From NCBI GenBank assembly GCA_963675595.2, contig CAXXLZ010000001.1:1536001-1600000 (forward strand): a DNA stretch of 64,000 nucleotides, written 5' to 3'. A program made the translations under genes and the position numbers. Below are positions 28,502-38,373 of the stretch, in pieces (positions within the stretch are counted from its first letter, which is position 1; each line of letters starts with the position of its first letter). The stretch is from Thermodesulfobacteriota bacterium. GTDB lineage: Bacteria; Desulfobacterota; Desulfarculia; JACQYL01. The notes beneath the pieces were generated by a model. That model saw only the letters and a program-made list of their open reading frames with translations. It did no database searches and had not been told where the DNA came from.

Positions 28502-29716
28502 ATGAACAAAGATGAAATCGTCATTGCCGGCGCCTGCAGAACGCCTTTCGGTCGTTTCGGGGGCTCTTTGAAGGGCTTTGACTTGTACGATCTTGCCGCT
28601 TTCGCCATGAAGACCTGTCTCGACCGGGTTTCCGTCCCCCCCGATGCAATCGGCCACGTGTTCTGGGGCATGGGCGATACAAGCCAGTGCAAAGACGTTT
28701 ACACTCCGGTGGCCGCTCGCCAGGCGCTTATAAAAGCGGGACTGCCGGAAACCACTACCTCGCTCACCCTGGATAAGGCGTGCATTTCGGGCACGAGCGC
28801 CTGCCAAATGGGCATGTGGGCTCTGCGCCTCCAAGAGGCCCGTGCGGTTCTGTGCGGGGGAGTGACCTGCTTTTCCAGGCAGCCTTTTATTTATCGGGCT
28901 TCACGCTGGGAAAGCCATCGCTTCGGCAACGTTTCCATGGACGACCCGCTGTTCGAGCTCGGATACAAGGATTTCAATCCCGTATCCGTGGACGCGGGTG
29001 AAGTGGCCGTGGAACGCGGTGTGCTTCGTGAAGAACAGGATCTATGGGCCCTGGGCAGCCATGAGAAATACGGCAAAGCTCATGCGGAAGGTTTCTTCAA
29101 GGACGAACTGATCCCGATGGAAATCCCGAAGGGCAAAGGCGAGGTCGGGATGCTCGAGATCGACGAGCAGTACCGCCCCGACATCAGCCTGGAAAGGCTG
29201 GCCAAACTCCCCACCATCTATGGAAATCCCAGTATCACGGCGGGGAATGCACCGGGACTCAACGACGGCGCGGCCGCCGTGCTGCTTACGACGCGCGGTC
29301 AGGCGGAAGAATGGGGTCTCTCTCCTCTGGCGACGATTCTTGAGATCGCCAATGCGGCTTTGGCCCCGAGACTCATTTCCGATGTGCCGGCCTCGGCTAT
29401 CGAGAAGGTGCTGTCCGCCACCGGTAAAAAGCTCTCCGACATGAAACGCATCGAAATCAACGAGGCCTTCGCGGCGGTCCCTTTGGTATCCAGCAAGCTG
29501 CTGGCTGAACGGGGTCATGGAGACCTGGACGATATTCGCGGGCGTCTCAACGTCAACGGCGGAGCGGTGGCCATAGGCCACCCCAACACGGCCAGCGGGG
29601 CCCGTCTGGTAATGACGTTGGCCTATGAGTTGCGACGGCTGGGCGGCGGCTACGGAGTCGCGGCGATCTGCGGCGGGCTGGCTCAGGGCGATGCGGCCCT
29701 CATTCGCGTGGATTAG
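28502..29716 (+). CDS. Thiolase (acetyl-CoA C-acyltransferase family), paralog 1
   Basis: [50 protein letters not shown]. Confidence 0.92.
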   Translation: MNKDEIVIAGACRTPFGRFGGSLKGFDLYDLAAFAMKTCLDRVSVPPDAIGHVFWGMGDTSQCKDVYTPVAARQALIKAGLPETTTSLTLDKACISGTSACQMGMWALRLQEARAVLCGGVTCFSRQPFIYRASRWESHRFGNVSMDDPLFELGYKDFNPVSVDAGEVAVERGVLREEQDLWALGSHEKYGKAHAEGFFKDELIPMEIPKGKGEVGMLEIDEQYRPDISLERLAKLPTIYGNPSITAGNAPGLNDGAAAVLLTTRGQAEEWGLSPLATILEIANAALAPRLISDVPASAIEKVLSATGKKLSDMKRIEINEAFAAVPLVSSKLLAERGHGDLDDIRGRLNVNGGAVAIGHPNTASGARLVMTLAYELRRLGGGYGVAAICGGLAQGDAALIRVD

Positions 29717-29821
29717 CATTCCGTTTTTTCAGGATGATTCGAGGAACGAACCGTATAGGTCTCCCTCACCTGATATGGACCGGAAACACTAACCGACACT
29801 CCGACATCTGGGTGGAACATT

Positions 29822-31123
29822 ATGGAACAGCAACAACAGGTTGTTACCGCAGCGTCTACCAAGAGCATAGATATGGCCAAGAAAGTATGGCCGTTCATCA
29901 AGAACGACTATGCCAAAGGGCATGAGTGGAAGGCCGAAGGCAAGCCGGTGGTCTGGTCTTGTGCGCTGGTGGAAAAGGAAATCTACTATTCCATGGGAGT
30001 ATACCCATTTTTCCCGGAGCAGTTCGCCGCGTTGTGCGCGGTCCGGCGAAAGGGAGGCAGTCGCGATCCGGCGGTGGAAAAGGAAGGCGTCCGCTTGGCC
30101 CGCATTGCGGAGGAACACGGGTATCCCACCTACCTTTGCGGATATCATCGCGTGGGTATCGGCTATGTGATCAACGAGGACCTTTCCGATGCTCCGTTGG
30201 GAGGCATGCCCCGACCCGACTTTATGGTGACTTCGAGCACCGCCTGCGACGTGAGGTATAAATGGTTCGAGGACATGGCCAGGAGGCTGAAGGTTCCGCT
30301 CTTCGTCCTTGATCGGCCCGAACGCCACGAGTTCGGTTTCATCACGCGCAGACCGGAGAATAACGCCCTTCGGTACTACAAGACCCAATTGGAGGAGTGT
30401 TTCGCTTTCATCGAAGAGGTCACGGGCAACCCATACGATCCGGACAGACTCAACGAGGTCCTGGACTGGTCGTACAGGCTCAACGAACTGGCCCAGGAGA
30501 TACTCGAACTCAGAAGGGCCGTACCTTGTCCCATGAGCTGTGCCGATGAGTTCACCCTTATGTACCCCTGGATGTACAAAGCGGGAACCCGGGAAGGATA
30601 CGAGTTTTACTCCGAGCTTAGAGACGAGATACGTGACCGGGTGCACCGCAAAATCGGGGTCATTCCGGAAGAGAAGTTCCGGCTTATGTGGGTAGGCTTA
30701 CCCAACTGGTTCAACATGGCCGTCATGAACTATTTCGAGAAGTACGGCGGAATCTTCGTGCGATCGCCTGAATACCGGGCCCTGCCCTACCCCGCGCGCA
30801 CCCCGGACGACCCCGTGGGAGAGCTGGCCTACCGCTACCTGTTCGCCGGTTACGGGGCCTACGGGATGCTGAACAACATCGACGAGATTCTAAAGGACTG
30901 CGAAGATTACCTGATCGACGGAGCCGTGCTTTCTTATCTCATCACGTGTCGCCCCCATGCCTATCGCCAGGGGGAAGTGAAACACGTTTTAGAGGAACGT
31001 GGAATTCCTTGCGTCAGCGTGGAAGGCGACCTGGTGGATGAACGCACCTATGCCGAGGCCCAGGTGAGGAACCGCCTGGATGCCATGGCGGAAATGATTC
31101 TCAAGAGAAAGGGCCTTCTCTAA
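29822..31123 (+). CDS. 2-hydroxyacyl-CoA dehydratase alpha-type subunit (HgdA/FldB/BcrB family)
   Basis: PEQFAALC, YLCGY, PRPDF..S..ACD...KW, CPMS, EKFRLMWVG, TCR, EGDLVD. Confidence 0.88.
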   Translation: MEQQQQVVTAASTKSIDMAKKVWPFIKNDYAKGHEWKAEGKPVVWSCALVEKEIYYSMGVYPFFPEQFAALCAVRRKGGSRDPAVEKEGVRLARIAEEHGYPTYLCGYHRVGIGYVINEDLSDAPLGGMPRPDFMVTSSTACDVRYKWFEDMARRLKVPLFVLDRPERHEFGFITRRPENNALRYYKTQLEECFAFIEEVTGNPYDPDRLNEVLDWSYRLNELAQEILELRRAVPCPMSCADEFTLMYPWMYKAGTREGYEFYSELRDEIRDRVHRKIGVIPEEKFRLMWVGLPNWFNMAVMNYFEKYGGIFVRSPEYRALPYPARTPDDPVGELAYRYLFAGYGAYGMLNNIDEILKDCEDYLIDGAVLSYLITCRPHAYRQGEVKHVLEERGIPCVSVEGDLVDERTYAEAQVRNRLDAMAEMILKRKGLL

Positions 31124-31162
31124 ATTCGCAACCTGTCAAAGGGTTCCAAAGAGGGAAACGTC

Positions 31163-32323
31163 ATGTTTGAAGAGTTCCGCCATGCCATTGACCATCGTCA
31201 TGAGATCGCCAAAGAATGGAAAGAAAGGACCGGCAAACCGGTCATGGGTTACTTGTGCTGCGTTTTTCCCGAGGAGGTGCTTTTCGCTTGCGGAGTCCTG
31301 CCCGTAAGAATCGTTGGAGATGAAGGGACCACCCCTCACGTGGACGGACATATCACACCGTACGGGTGCACCTTCTGCAGAAAATGCGTCGATCTGGCGG
31401 CGCAGGGTGTATACGACTATCTGGATGCGGTGTTTGTCTCCAACACCTGTGATTTGGTGAGCAACCTGGATTACTGGTGGAATGAGCTCGCGCCCCGCGA
31501 GGAGCTTAAAATCGCAGGCGTGCCCGTGCGGAGCTATGTGAACTTCTTTAATTATCCACAAAGAATCACCGGACCCAATGCCCTGTCCTACACGATGAAC
31601 GAAATCCGTAAGATACAACAGGTGGCGGAACGCTACACGCGTTCGTTCATCTCGGACGAAGATCTGAAAAGGGCTTTGGAAGTGTATGACGAGCACAACC
31701 GGCTCATGAGAGAACTCCACGAAATCCGGAAGCAGTCACCGCCGCCCCTCAGCGGGTACGAAGCCTGGATGGTCGAATTCGCCGCGCACTTTTTACCGAA
31801 GGACGAACATAACCGGCTTCTGCGCAACCTGCTGGAGGCTCTCAAAGACCGAACAGACGGGCCGGAACCGGGAATTCGGCTTTACCTCTCCGCCTCCGCC
31901 ACGGACCAGGTGACGTCCAAACTGATCGACCGCATCGAAAGCTATGGAGGCGTCGTCGTTTCCGAGGATATCAGTGTGCACTCCAGCTACTATTGGAGCG
32001 ATTACTCCTTGGACCGCCCTCCCCTGGAAGCCATTGCCCGGTTCTCTCTTTCCGTGCCGTGTCCTCGATCAACCACGGCCGACCCTTACCAGGACATGCG
32101 ATACGAGCACATTAAACGAACCTTGACGGATTACGATGTTCGAGGGCTCGTTTTCTATATCCTCATGCAATGCGAATGCCGGGCGAGCGAGGTCCCCTAC
32201 TTGAGAGAAAAGATAGAGTCGGAATTGAAAATCCCGGTGCTTTTTCTGGATAGTGACTATTTCGATGTGGATTCACACAAGACGAGGACGAGAGTCGAAG
32301 CCTTCCTCGAGATGCTGAGATAG
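31163..32323 (+). CDS. 2-hydroxyacyl-CoA dehydratase beta-type subunit (HgdB/FldC/BcrC family)
   Basis: GYLCCVFPEEVLFACGVLPVR, CTFC, NTCD, CPR, QCEC, TRVEAFLEML. Confidence 0.88.
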   Translation: MFEEFRHAIDHRHEIAKEWKERTGKPVMGYLCCVFPEEVLFACGVLPVRIVGDEGTTPHVDGHITPYGCTFCRKCVDLAAQGVYDYLDAVFVSNTCDLVSNLDYWWNELAPREELKIAGVPVRSYVNFFNYPQRITGPNALSYTMNEIRKIQQVAERYTRSFISDEDLKRALEVYDEHNRLMRELHEIRKQSPPPLSGYEAWMVEFAAHFLPKDEHNRLLRNLLEALKDRTDGPEPGIRLYLSASATDQVTSKLIDRIESYGGVVVSEDISVHSSYYWSDYSLDRPPLEAIARFSLSVPCPRSTTADPYQDMRYEHIKRTLTDYDVRGLVFYILMQCECRASEVPYLREKIESELKIPVLFLDSDYFDVDSHKTRTRVEAFLEMLR

Positions 32324-32483
32324 CCCGAGATCGACACGAACGGAGTTCCGCAGTCCGGTGGCCCGGCGAAACATACTTACCATCGCCTTGCCGACCGGAA
32401 CTCGGGGTTCTATTCATCGGCGGACGACAAAGTCTCATCCGGGTCCCCAATCAAGCGTGAGACGCTGAACATGTGGAGGGATT

Positions 32484-33806
32484 ATGAACAACCCCGTAGT
32501 ATCCATCGTCCGATATGAACGGCCGCGAGAATCGGTGCGAAAGGTGTTGGAACTCGCGGGCGGGCTGGACCGAATGCCCCATAACGCCCGAGTGTTCATC
32601 AAACCGAACATCGTGCTGTGGGCAACGGCCGTGGCCTTCCCCAAATGGGGAGTCATCACCACCTCACGCGTTGTGGAAGACGTGGTGACAGTGCTCAGAG
32701 AATATGGAGTCGGGGAAATCATCATCGGCGAAGGTCCCGTTCTTTCCACTCCGAAAGACCACGACACCCCGGCTCACGCCTTCCAGTCCCTGGGATACCG
32801 GACACTCGAAGAACGTTACGGCGTAAAGGTCTTTAATGTGTTCGACAGAGTCTTCGAGAAGGTCGATTTGGGGAATGGAGTGAAGCTCAATTTCAACTCC
32901 GATATTCTCCACAGCGATTTCGTAATCAATCTGCCCGTGCTCAAAACGCACGCGGTGACCGTGGTGAGCCTCGGCATCAAGAACCTTAAAGGCACCATCG
33001 ACACCGTGTCCCGAAAGAAATGCCACAATGCGGACCCGGTTCGGAATCTCCATTACATGATCTCAAAACTGGCCGACCCCATGCCCCCCATGTTCACGCT
33101 CCTGGACGGAATCTACACCAACGAACGGGGGCCCGCATTCGATGGTCGGGCCCGTAGAAGCGATATCCTGATCGGATCGTGGGATGTTCTCGCCGGCGAC
33201 ATGGTCGGCTGCAGGGTTTTGGGATATGAACCGTCGGAGGTGCCCCATATCGAAGCCGCGGCGAATGAGCGAGGTCGCGCCATGGACCTCTCCGAAATCA
33301 CCGTGGTTGGAGAGACCATCGAATCGGCGACGTCGAAACACGAATACGATTTTCCCTTCAATGAAGATGAAAGCCTCCCTCTTCCTTTTGTCAAGATGGG
33401 AATCCGGGGTTTATCGTATCGAAAGTACGACACCACACTGTGCACTTATTGCACACCGGTGAATGGAGCAACATTGACCGCCATTGCGCGGGCTTGGACC
33501 GGGAAGCCGTGGGACGAGGTGGAGGTGCTCACGGGCAAGATCATGAAACCGACACCGGGCATGAAGAAAACCATTCTACTCGGCAAGTGCATCTATCAAG
33601 CCAACAAGGACCATCCCGACATTCAGGAGATGATCGCTGTTAAAGGATGCCCTCCTTCCACCAAGGAAATGGTCAAGGCGCTGAAGAAGGCCGGCATCGA
33701 TGTCGATCCCAAGATTTTCGAGGATATGGACAAGCTTCCCGGGCAGTTCATGAAACGCTACCAAGGGAAAGCGGAGTTTGTAGAGGAGCATTTTCGAGTC
33801 GAATAA
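32484..33806 (+). CDS. DUF362-family protein with C-terminal Cys cluster
   Basis: VFIKPN, INLPVLKTH..T.VSLGIKNLKG, DG...E.GP; C-terminal CTYC...GKC...GCPP. Confidence 0.8.
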   Translation: MNNPVVSIVRYERPRESVRKVLELAGGLDRMPHNARVFIKPNIVLWATAVAFPKWGVITTSRVVEDVVTVLREYGVGEIIIGEGPVLSTPKDHDTPAHAFQSLGYRTLEERYGVKVFNVFDRVFEKVDLGNGVKLNFNSDILHSDFVINLPVLKTHAVTVVSLGIKNLKGTIDTVSRKKCHNADPVRNLHYMISKLADPMPPMFTLLDGIYTNERGPAFDGRARRSDILIGSWDVLAGDMVGCRVLGYEPSEVPHIEAAANERGRAMDLSEITVVGETIESATSKHEYDFPFNEDESLPLPFVKMGIRGLSYRKYDTTLCTYCTPVNGATLTAIARAWTGKPWDEVEVLTGKIMKPTPGMKKTILLGKCIYQANKDHPDIQEMIAVKGCPPSTKEMVKALKKAGIDVDPKIFEDMDKLPGQFMKRYQGKAEFVEEHFRVE

Positions 33807-33849
33807 CACCGAAGCGCATTTGGCGCTGAAAAAACACAAGGGAGAATCA

Positions 33850-35097
33850 ATGACTCAATCACGTGGAAAAAGCGATCAGGATGTGGTTCTGGTAAGCGGC
33901 GTCAGGACTCCGTACGGCAGATTCGGAGGCACGCTGCGAAACATGGAGAGCGTTGAACTGGGCGGTTTGGCCATGAAGGCCGTCCTCGAACGAGTGGGCG
34001 TTCCAGGAACCGCCGTGGATGAAGTGTTCTACGGTTTTTCCATCATCGCAGAGCCGGTACAGGACGGAAAGGGCGATGTGCCGGACCGGAGAGCCGTGCT
34101 GAAAGCCGGATTGCCTCCTGAAACCGTGTCCATGGCCATCAACAAGGCTTGCTGCTCATCTCTCGTAGCCGTGCAGATGGCGGCGCGATCCCTGCGTTTG
34201 GGCGAATCCGAAGTGACCATAGCCGGCGGCGCCGACAACATGGGACGCGCGCCTTTCCTCATCTCCGCAGGCGTCCGGACCGGACATCGCATCGGCAACC
34301 TGGTGGCCAACGATCCCCTGTTCGAACTGGGTTACAAGGACTTCAATCCGGTTTCCGTGGACGCCGGAGAAGTGGCCCTCCAATACGGAGTTCCGAGAGA
34401 AGAGCAGGATGCGTGGGCTTTGAGAAGTCAGCAACGGTTCGCGGAGGCGGAAGCCGCCGGAAAGTTTAAAGACGAGATTGTACCTATCGAGGTTCCGCAA
34501 CCCAAGGGCCCCCCGATTCTATTCGAAAAAGATGAGTGCCCCAAGCCGGAAACCACGCTGGAGAAGCTGGGCAAACTCAGGACGGTGTATGGAAGTCCCA
34601 CGGTTACGGCGGGTAATGCTCCGGGTTTGGACGCGGGTGCCACGGCGCTGCTGTTCATGACCCGAAAGAAAGCCGATTCGCTGGGTCTGAAACCCTTGTG
34701 CACGGTCCTCTCGACGGCCGCTCTTACCATGGCGCCCAACATGATCGCCGCCGTGCCGGCTCCCACCGCGGAAAAAGCGTTGAAGGCCGCCGGATTGACC
34801 CTCGACGACATCGATCTGATTGAAATCAACGAAGCCTTCGCCGCCATGCCCCTGGTTTCGAGCAAGATTCTGGCTCAGAATCACTATGACGGAGATCCGG
34901 GGAAGCTTCAGGCGTTGAGGGATAAGATCAACGTCAACGGCGGGTGCATCGCATGCGGCCATCCGGTGGGTGCCAGCGGAGCCAGAATTCTCATGACCCT
35001 GGCACTCGAGTTGAAACGTCGGGGAGGTGGTCGAGGCGTCTGCACCATCTGCGGCGGATTGGCTCAAGGAACCGCGGCCGTTATCGAGGTTGAGTAG
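33850..35097 (+). CDS. Thiolase, paralog 2
   Basis: RTPYGRFGG, NKACCSS, TAGNAPG, EINEAFA, GHPVGASGAR, TICGG; start placed at ATG 33850 behind GGAG. Confidence 0.92.
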   Translation: MTQSRGKSDQDVVLVSGVRTPYGRFGGTLRNMESVELGGLAMKAVLERVGVPGTAVDEVFYGFSIIAEPVQDGKGDVPDRRAVLKAGLPPETVSMAINKACCSSLVAVQMAARSLRLGESEVTIAGGADNMGRAPFLISAGVRTGHRIGNLVANDPLFELGYKDFNPVSVDAGEVALQYGVPREEQDAWALRSQQRFAEAEAAGKFKDEIVPIEVPQPKGPPILFEKDECPKPETTLEKLGKLRTVYGSPTVTAGNAPGLDAGATALLFMTRKKADSLGLKPLCTVLSTAALTMAPNMIAAVPAPTAEKALKAAGLTLDDIDLIEINEAFAAMPLVSSKILAQNHYDGDPGKLQALRDKINVNGGCIACGHPVGASGARILMTLALELKRRGGGRGVCTICGGLAQGTAAVIEVE

Positions 35098-35273
35098 TCT
35101 AGGGAACGCGCCTGCCGGAGGGAAGGCAACCGCCTCGCAACATAAGGCCTGCATATTCGGGGAGACCCATCTACGGGGTTCCCCGAATCCTCTTTGAATG
35201 AGTCCGCCTGGTGCGTGCACGTGCGTAACGAATTCACCGACCCACCTGAATGACACCACCACAGGAGACGTGT

Positions 35274-36470
35274 ATGGATTTTCTCATATCCGAAAAGATG
35301 CAGGCGGTCACCGAGATGGCGGACGACTTCATCGATCGGGAGCTGATACCTCTGGAGCCGGAGTTTCTCAGCAGGCCTTTTCGAGAACTGCTGCCTGAAT
35401 TGGCCGAGAAACGACGCAAAGTTAAGGAGATGGAGCTGTGGGCCCCGCCCCATCCTCCGGAATATGGGGGCATGGGATTGGACTTGGTGGACTACGGTCT
35501 GATTTCTGAGTCCCTGGGCAGGTCGCCCATGGGAATCTACACGTTCGGTTGTCAGTACCCCGATGCCGGAAACGTGGAAATCCTGCACAAATACGGAACC
35601 GAGGAACAGAAGGAAACCTACCTTCGCCCTCTGGTGGAAGGCAAAATCCGGAGCTGCTTTTCCATGACGGAAGTGGAGCTGCCGGGTTCCAACCCCGTAA
35701 TGATGGATACCACCGCCGTACTCGATGGCAACGACTACGTGATCAACGGCCAGAAATGGTACACCACGGCCGCCGATGGCGCAGCCTTCGCCATCGTCAT
35801 GGCCGTAACCAACCCGGAAGCGGCTCCCCACAAGCGGGCGAGCATGATCATCGTTCCCACGGACACCCCGGGGTACAATCTGGTCCGCAATATCTCCGTG
35901 ATGGGCCACGAAGGCTCGGATTGGGAAAGCCACGGCGAGATTCTCTATCAATCCTGCCGTGTACCCAAAGAGAACCTGTTGGGGCCCGAAGGAGAAGGTT
36001 TCGTGATCGCTCAGGATCGTCTCGGCCCCGGCCGCATCCACCATTGCATGCGGTGGATGGGCATCTGCAAGCGAGCCCTCGAACTCATGTGCCGGCGAGC
36101 CCTCGAAAGGCCCATCGCTCCGGGAGAGACGCTTGCGGACAAGCAGACCATACAATTCTGGATTGCTGAAAGCGCCGCGGAAATACAGGCGGCGCGCTTG
36201 ATGATCCTGCACGCGGCATGGAAGATGGAAACCCTGGGGCACAAAGAAGCTCGGGACGAGATCTCCCAGATTAAATTCTATGGCGCCCCGATTCTCCAAC
36301 GCGTTGTGGACCGCGCCATCCAAGTGCACGGCGGTTTGGGCATGACGGACGACACCCCGCTTTCATTCTTCTATCGCAGCGAGCGCGCGGCACGCATCTA
36401 CGACGGAGTGGACGAGGTGCACAAATCGGCGGTGGCGAGACGCATCCTCCGCCAATTCAAAGCCAAATAG
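35274..36470 (+). CDS. Acyl-CoA dehydrogenase, ACAD10/11 / LvaC-like
   Basis: PDAGNVEIL, IRSCFSMTE, INGQKW, AQDRLGPGRIHHCMR, RIYDGVDEVH; start placed at ATG 35274 behind AGGAG. Confidence 0.92.
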   Translation: MDFLISEKMQAVTEMADDFIDRELIPLEPEFLSRPFRELLPELAEKRRKVKEMELWAPPHPPEYGGMGLDLVDYGLISESLGRSPMGIYTFGCQYPDAGNVEILHKYGTEEQKETYLRPLVEGKIRSCFSMTEVELPGSNPVMMDTTAVLDGNDYVINGQKWYTTAADGAAFAIVMAVTNPEAAPHKRASMIIVPTDTPGYNLVRNISVMGHEGSDWESHGEILYQSCRVPKENLLGPEGEGFVIAQDRLGPGRIHHCMRWMGICKRALELMCRRALERPIAPGETLADKQTIQFWIAESAAEIQAARLMILHAAWKMETLGHKEARDEISQIKFYGAPILQRVVDRAIQVHGGLGMTDDTPLSFFYRSERAARIYDGVDEVHKSAVARRILRQFKAK

Positions 36471-36502
36471 AGGCCCATTCGCCTAAGCTGAAAAGGAGCA
36501 TC

Positions 36503-37570
36503 ATGGAATTCTTGGATCAAGCGGGGAGCGTCAGGGAGGGGGAAGACCTCAACGCCAAGACCGTTGAAACATACCTGAAGGACTCGATCCCGGGCCTTGA
36601 AGGCGACCTTCAAATCCGCCAATTCCCGGGGGGTTACTCAAACCTGACCTATCTGCTGCATTTCGGGGACAGGGAGCTCGTGCTCAGGCGTCCGCCTTTC
36701 GGCACCAAGGCCAAGAGCGCTCACGACATGGGGAGAGAATACCGAGTCCTTTCCAAGTTGCACCAAGCGTTTCCGTATTGCCCGAAACCCCTTTTGTATA
36801 CCGAGGATGTTTCCATCACGAGCGAACCCTTCTACGTCATGGAACGGATTCAGGGAATCATTCTGCGCAGGGAAATCCCGGAAGGTCTGTCCCTGTCCGG
36901 CGACACGCTCCGCCGCCTGGGCGCGAACTTCATCCGGGTGCTGGCGGAGCTCCATGCCGTGGATTACGAATCCATCGGTTTGGGCGAACTGGGGAGACCG
37001 AAGGGATACGTCCAAAGACAGGTGGAGGGCTGGATCAAACGATACCGGAACGCACGCACTCCCGACGCCCCGGACTGCGAACGGGTCATGGAGTGGGTGA
37101 TGGAACACATGCCCCCCGACTCCGCAAAATCGGGGATCATCCACAACGATTATCGCTTCGACAATGTGATTATCGACCCTAAGTCTCCGGAACGAATTAT
37201 CGGCGTGCTGGATTGGGAAATGGCCACACTGGGTGATCCGCTGATGGATTTCGGCAACTCCGTGGCTTATTGGGTCGAACCCGGCGATCCGGAAGATTGG
37301 CACACCATGCGCTTGATGCCGGTGGAAATCTCCGGAGTTCTGAGCCGAAAAGACATCGTGAGCCTATACGAAAGAGAGTCAGGCAGATCCCTCGACAACA
37401 TGGATTTCTATCATTGTTTCGGCCTGTTCCGATTCGCCGTCATTTTCCAGCAAATCTACTACCGCTATTACCATGGTGAAACCAAAGACGAACGGTTCAA
37501 GACCTTGATTAAGAACGTACATGTATTGGATGACATCGCCCGATGGGTGATCGATCGTTCAAACCTCTAA
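36503..37570 (+). CDS. APH-family phosphotransferase, ACAD10/11 kinase / LvaA-like
   Basis: QFPGGYSNLTY, VLRRPP, AHDMGREY, HNDYRFDN, VLDWEMATLGDP. Confidence 0.9.
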   Translation: MEFLDQAGSVREGEDLNAKTVETYLKDSIPGLEGDLQIRQFPGGYSNLTYLLHFGDRELVLRRPPFGTKAKSAHDMGREYRVLSKLHQAFPYCPKPLLYTEDVSITSEPFYVMERIQGIILRREIPEGLSLSGDTLRRLGANFIRVLAELHAVDYESIGLGELGRPKGYVQRQVEGWIKRYRNARTPDAPDCERVMEWVMEHMPPDSAKSGIIHNDYRFDNVIIDPKSPERIIGVLDWEMATLGDPLMDFGNSVAYWVEPGDPEDWHTMRLMPVEISGVLSRKDIVSLYERESGRSLDNMDFYHCFGLFRFAVIFQQIYYRYYHGETKDERFKTLIKNVHVLDDIARWVIDRSNL

Positions 37571-37584
37571 TCACGCCTGAGATT

Positions 37585-38361
37585 ATGCGTATTCTCGTTT
37601 GCGTACACCAAGTACCTGAAACCGCCGCCACATCGGCCATCAACGGGATGTCTCGGGGTCCGTACAGGGACCCCGGCCTGACCTACCGCATGAACCGCTT
37701 CGATGAGTGTGCGGTGGAGGAAAGTCTCAGGATTCGCAGAACTATACCGGGTTCGCGGGTCACAGCGCTTTCCTTGGGCCCGGCCGAGGCCGGCGGTGCG
37801 ATCCGAAAGGCCTTGGCCATGGGCGTGGACGATGGAGTCCACGTGCTCCTGGAACAAGCGGAGCACGTGGAAACCCTCGCCAAGGCCACATGGGTGGCTG
37901 CTTATCTCCGGGAAAACCCGCATTTCCTTGTTCTGACCGGCCTCATGTCCGAGTCCGGCATGCACGGCATGTTGGGCCCTATGGTCGCGGAACTATTAAA
38001 CCGTCCCTGTTCCACGTCCGTGATCAAAATAGACGTAGACCTCCATAAGGCCGTTGTGGTGGTCCTGCGGGAAATCGACAACGGGGAACGGGAGCTCGTG
38101 GAGTTGGACCTGCCGGCCGTCCTATCCGTTCAAACGGGTTTGAATACTCCACGTTACCCTACCCTCTCCAACATGATGCGTGCGAAGAAACAGGTGCTGC
38201 TCACGGTTCCATCCTCGTCTCTGGATCAGCCGCCTGCGACTCTGATTGCGCGAGGACTGGCGACTCCCGTCAGAATGAGAGCCGGACGGTTCCTGAAAGG
38301 CACAACTGAGGAAAAGGCGGCGGACCTTCTTGATATCATGCGGGACAAAGGCTTTCTCTGA
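37585..38361 (+). CDS. etfB: Electron transfer flavoprotein beta subunit
   Basis: MNRFDECAVEE, ALAMGVD, REID.G, LPAVLSV, NTPRYP; start placed at ATG 37585. Confidence 0.88.
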   Translation: MRILVCVHQVPETAATSAINGMSRGPYRDPGLTYRMNRFDECAVEESLRIRRTIPGSRVTALSLGPAEAGGAIRKALAMGVDDGVHVLLEQAEHVETLAKATWVAAYLRENPHFLVLTGLMSESGMHGMLGPMVAELLNRPCSTSVIKIDVDLHKAVVVVLREIDNGERELVELDLPAVLSVQTGLNTPRYPTLSNMMRAKKQVLLTVPSSSLDQPPATLIARGLATPVRMRAGRFLKGTTEEKAADLLDIMRDKGFL

Positions 38362-38373
38362 AAGGGGGCGAGG

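Noticed and set aside
29822-32323. Calling the dehydratase pairs benzoyl-CoA reductase (bcrBC)
   Set aside because: No bcrAD ATPase subunits and no dch/had/oah ring-cleavage genes in the window; family-level call only.
32340-32411. Intercistronic hairpins (also 27355-27398, 58724-58759) as ncRNAs
   Set aside because: Single GC-rich stems without family motifs or second copies; at most mRNA stability elements.
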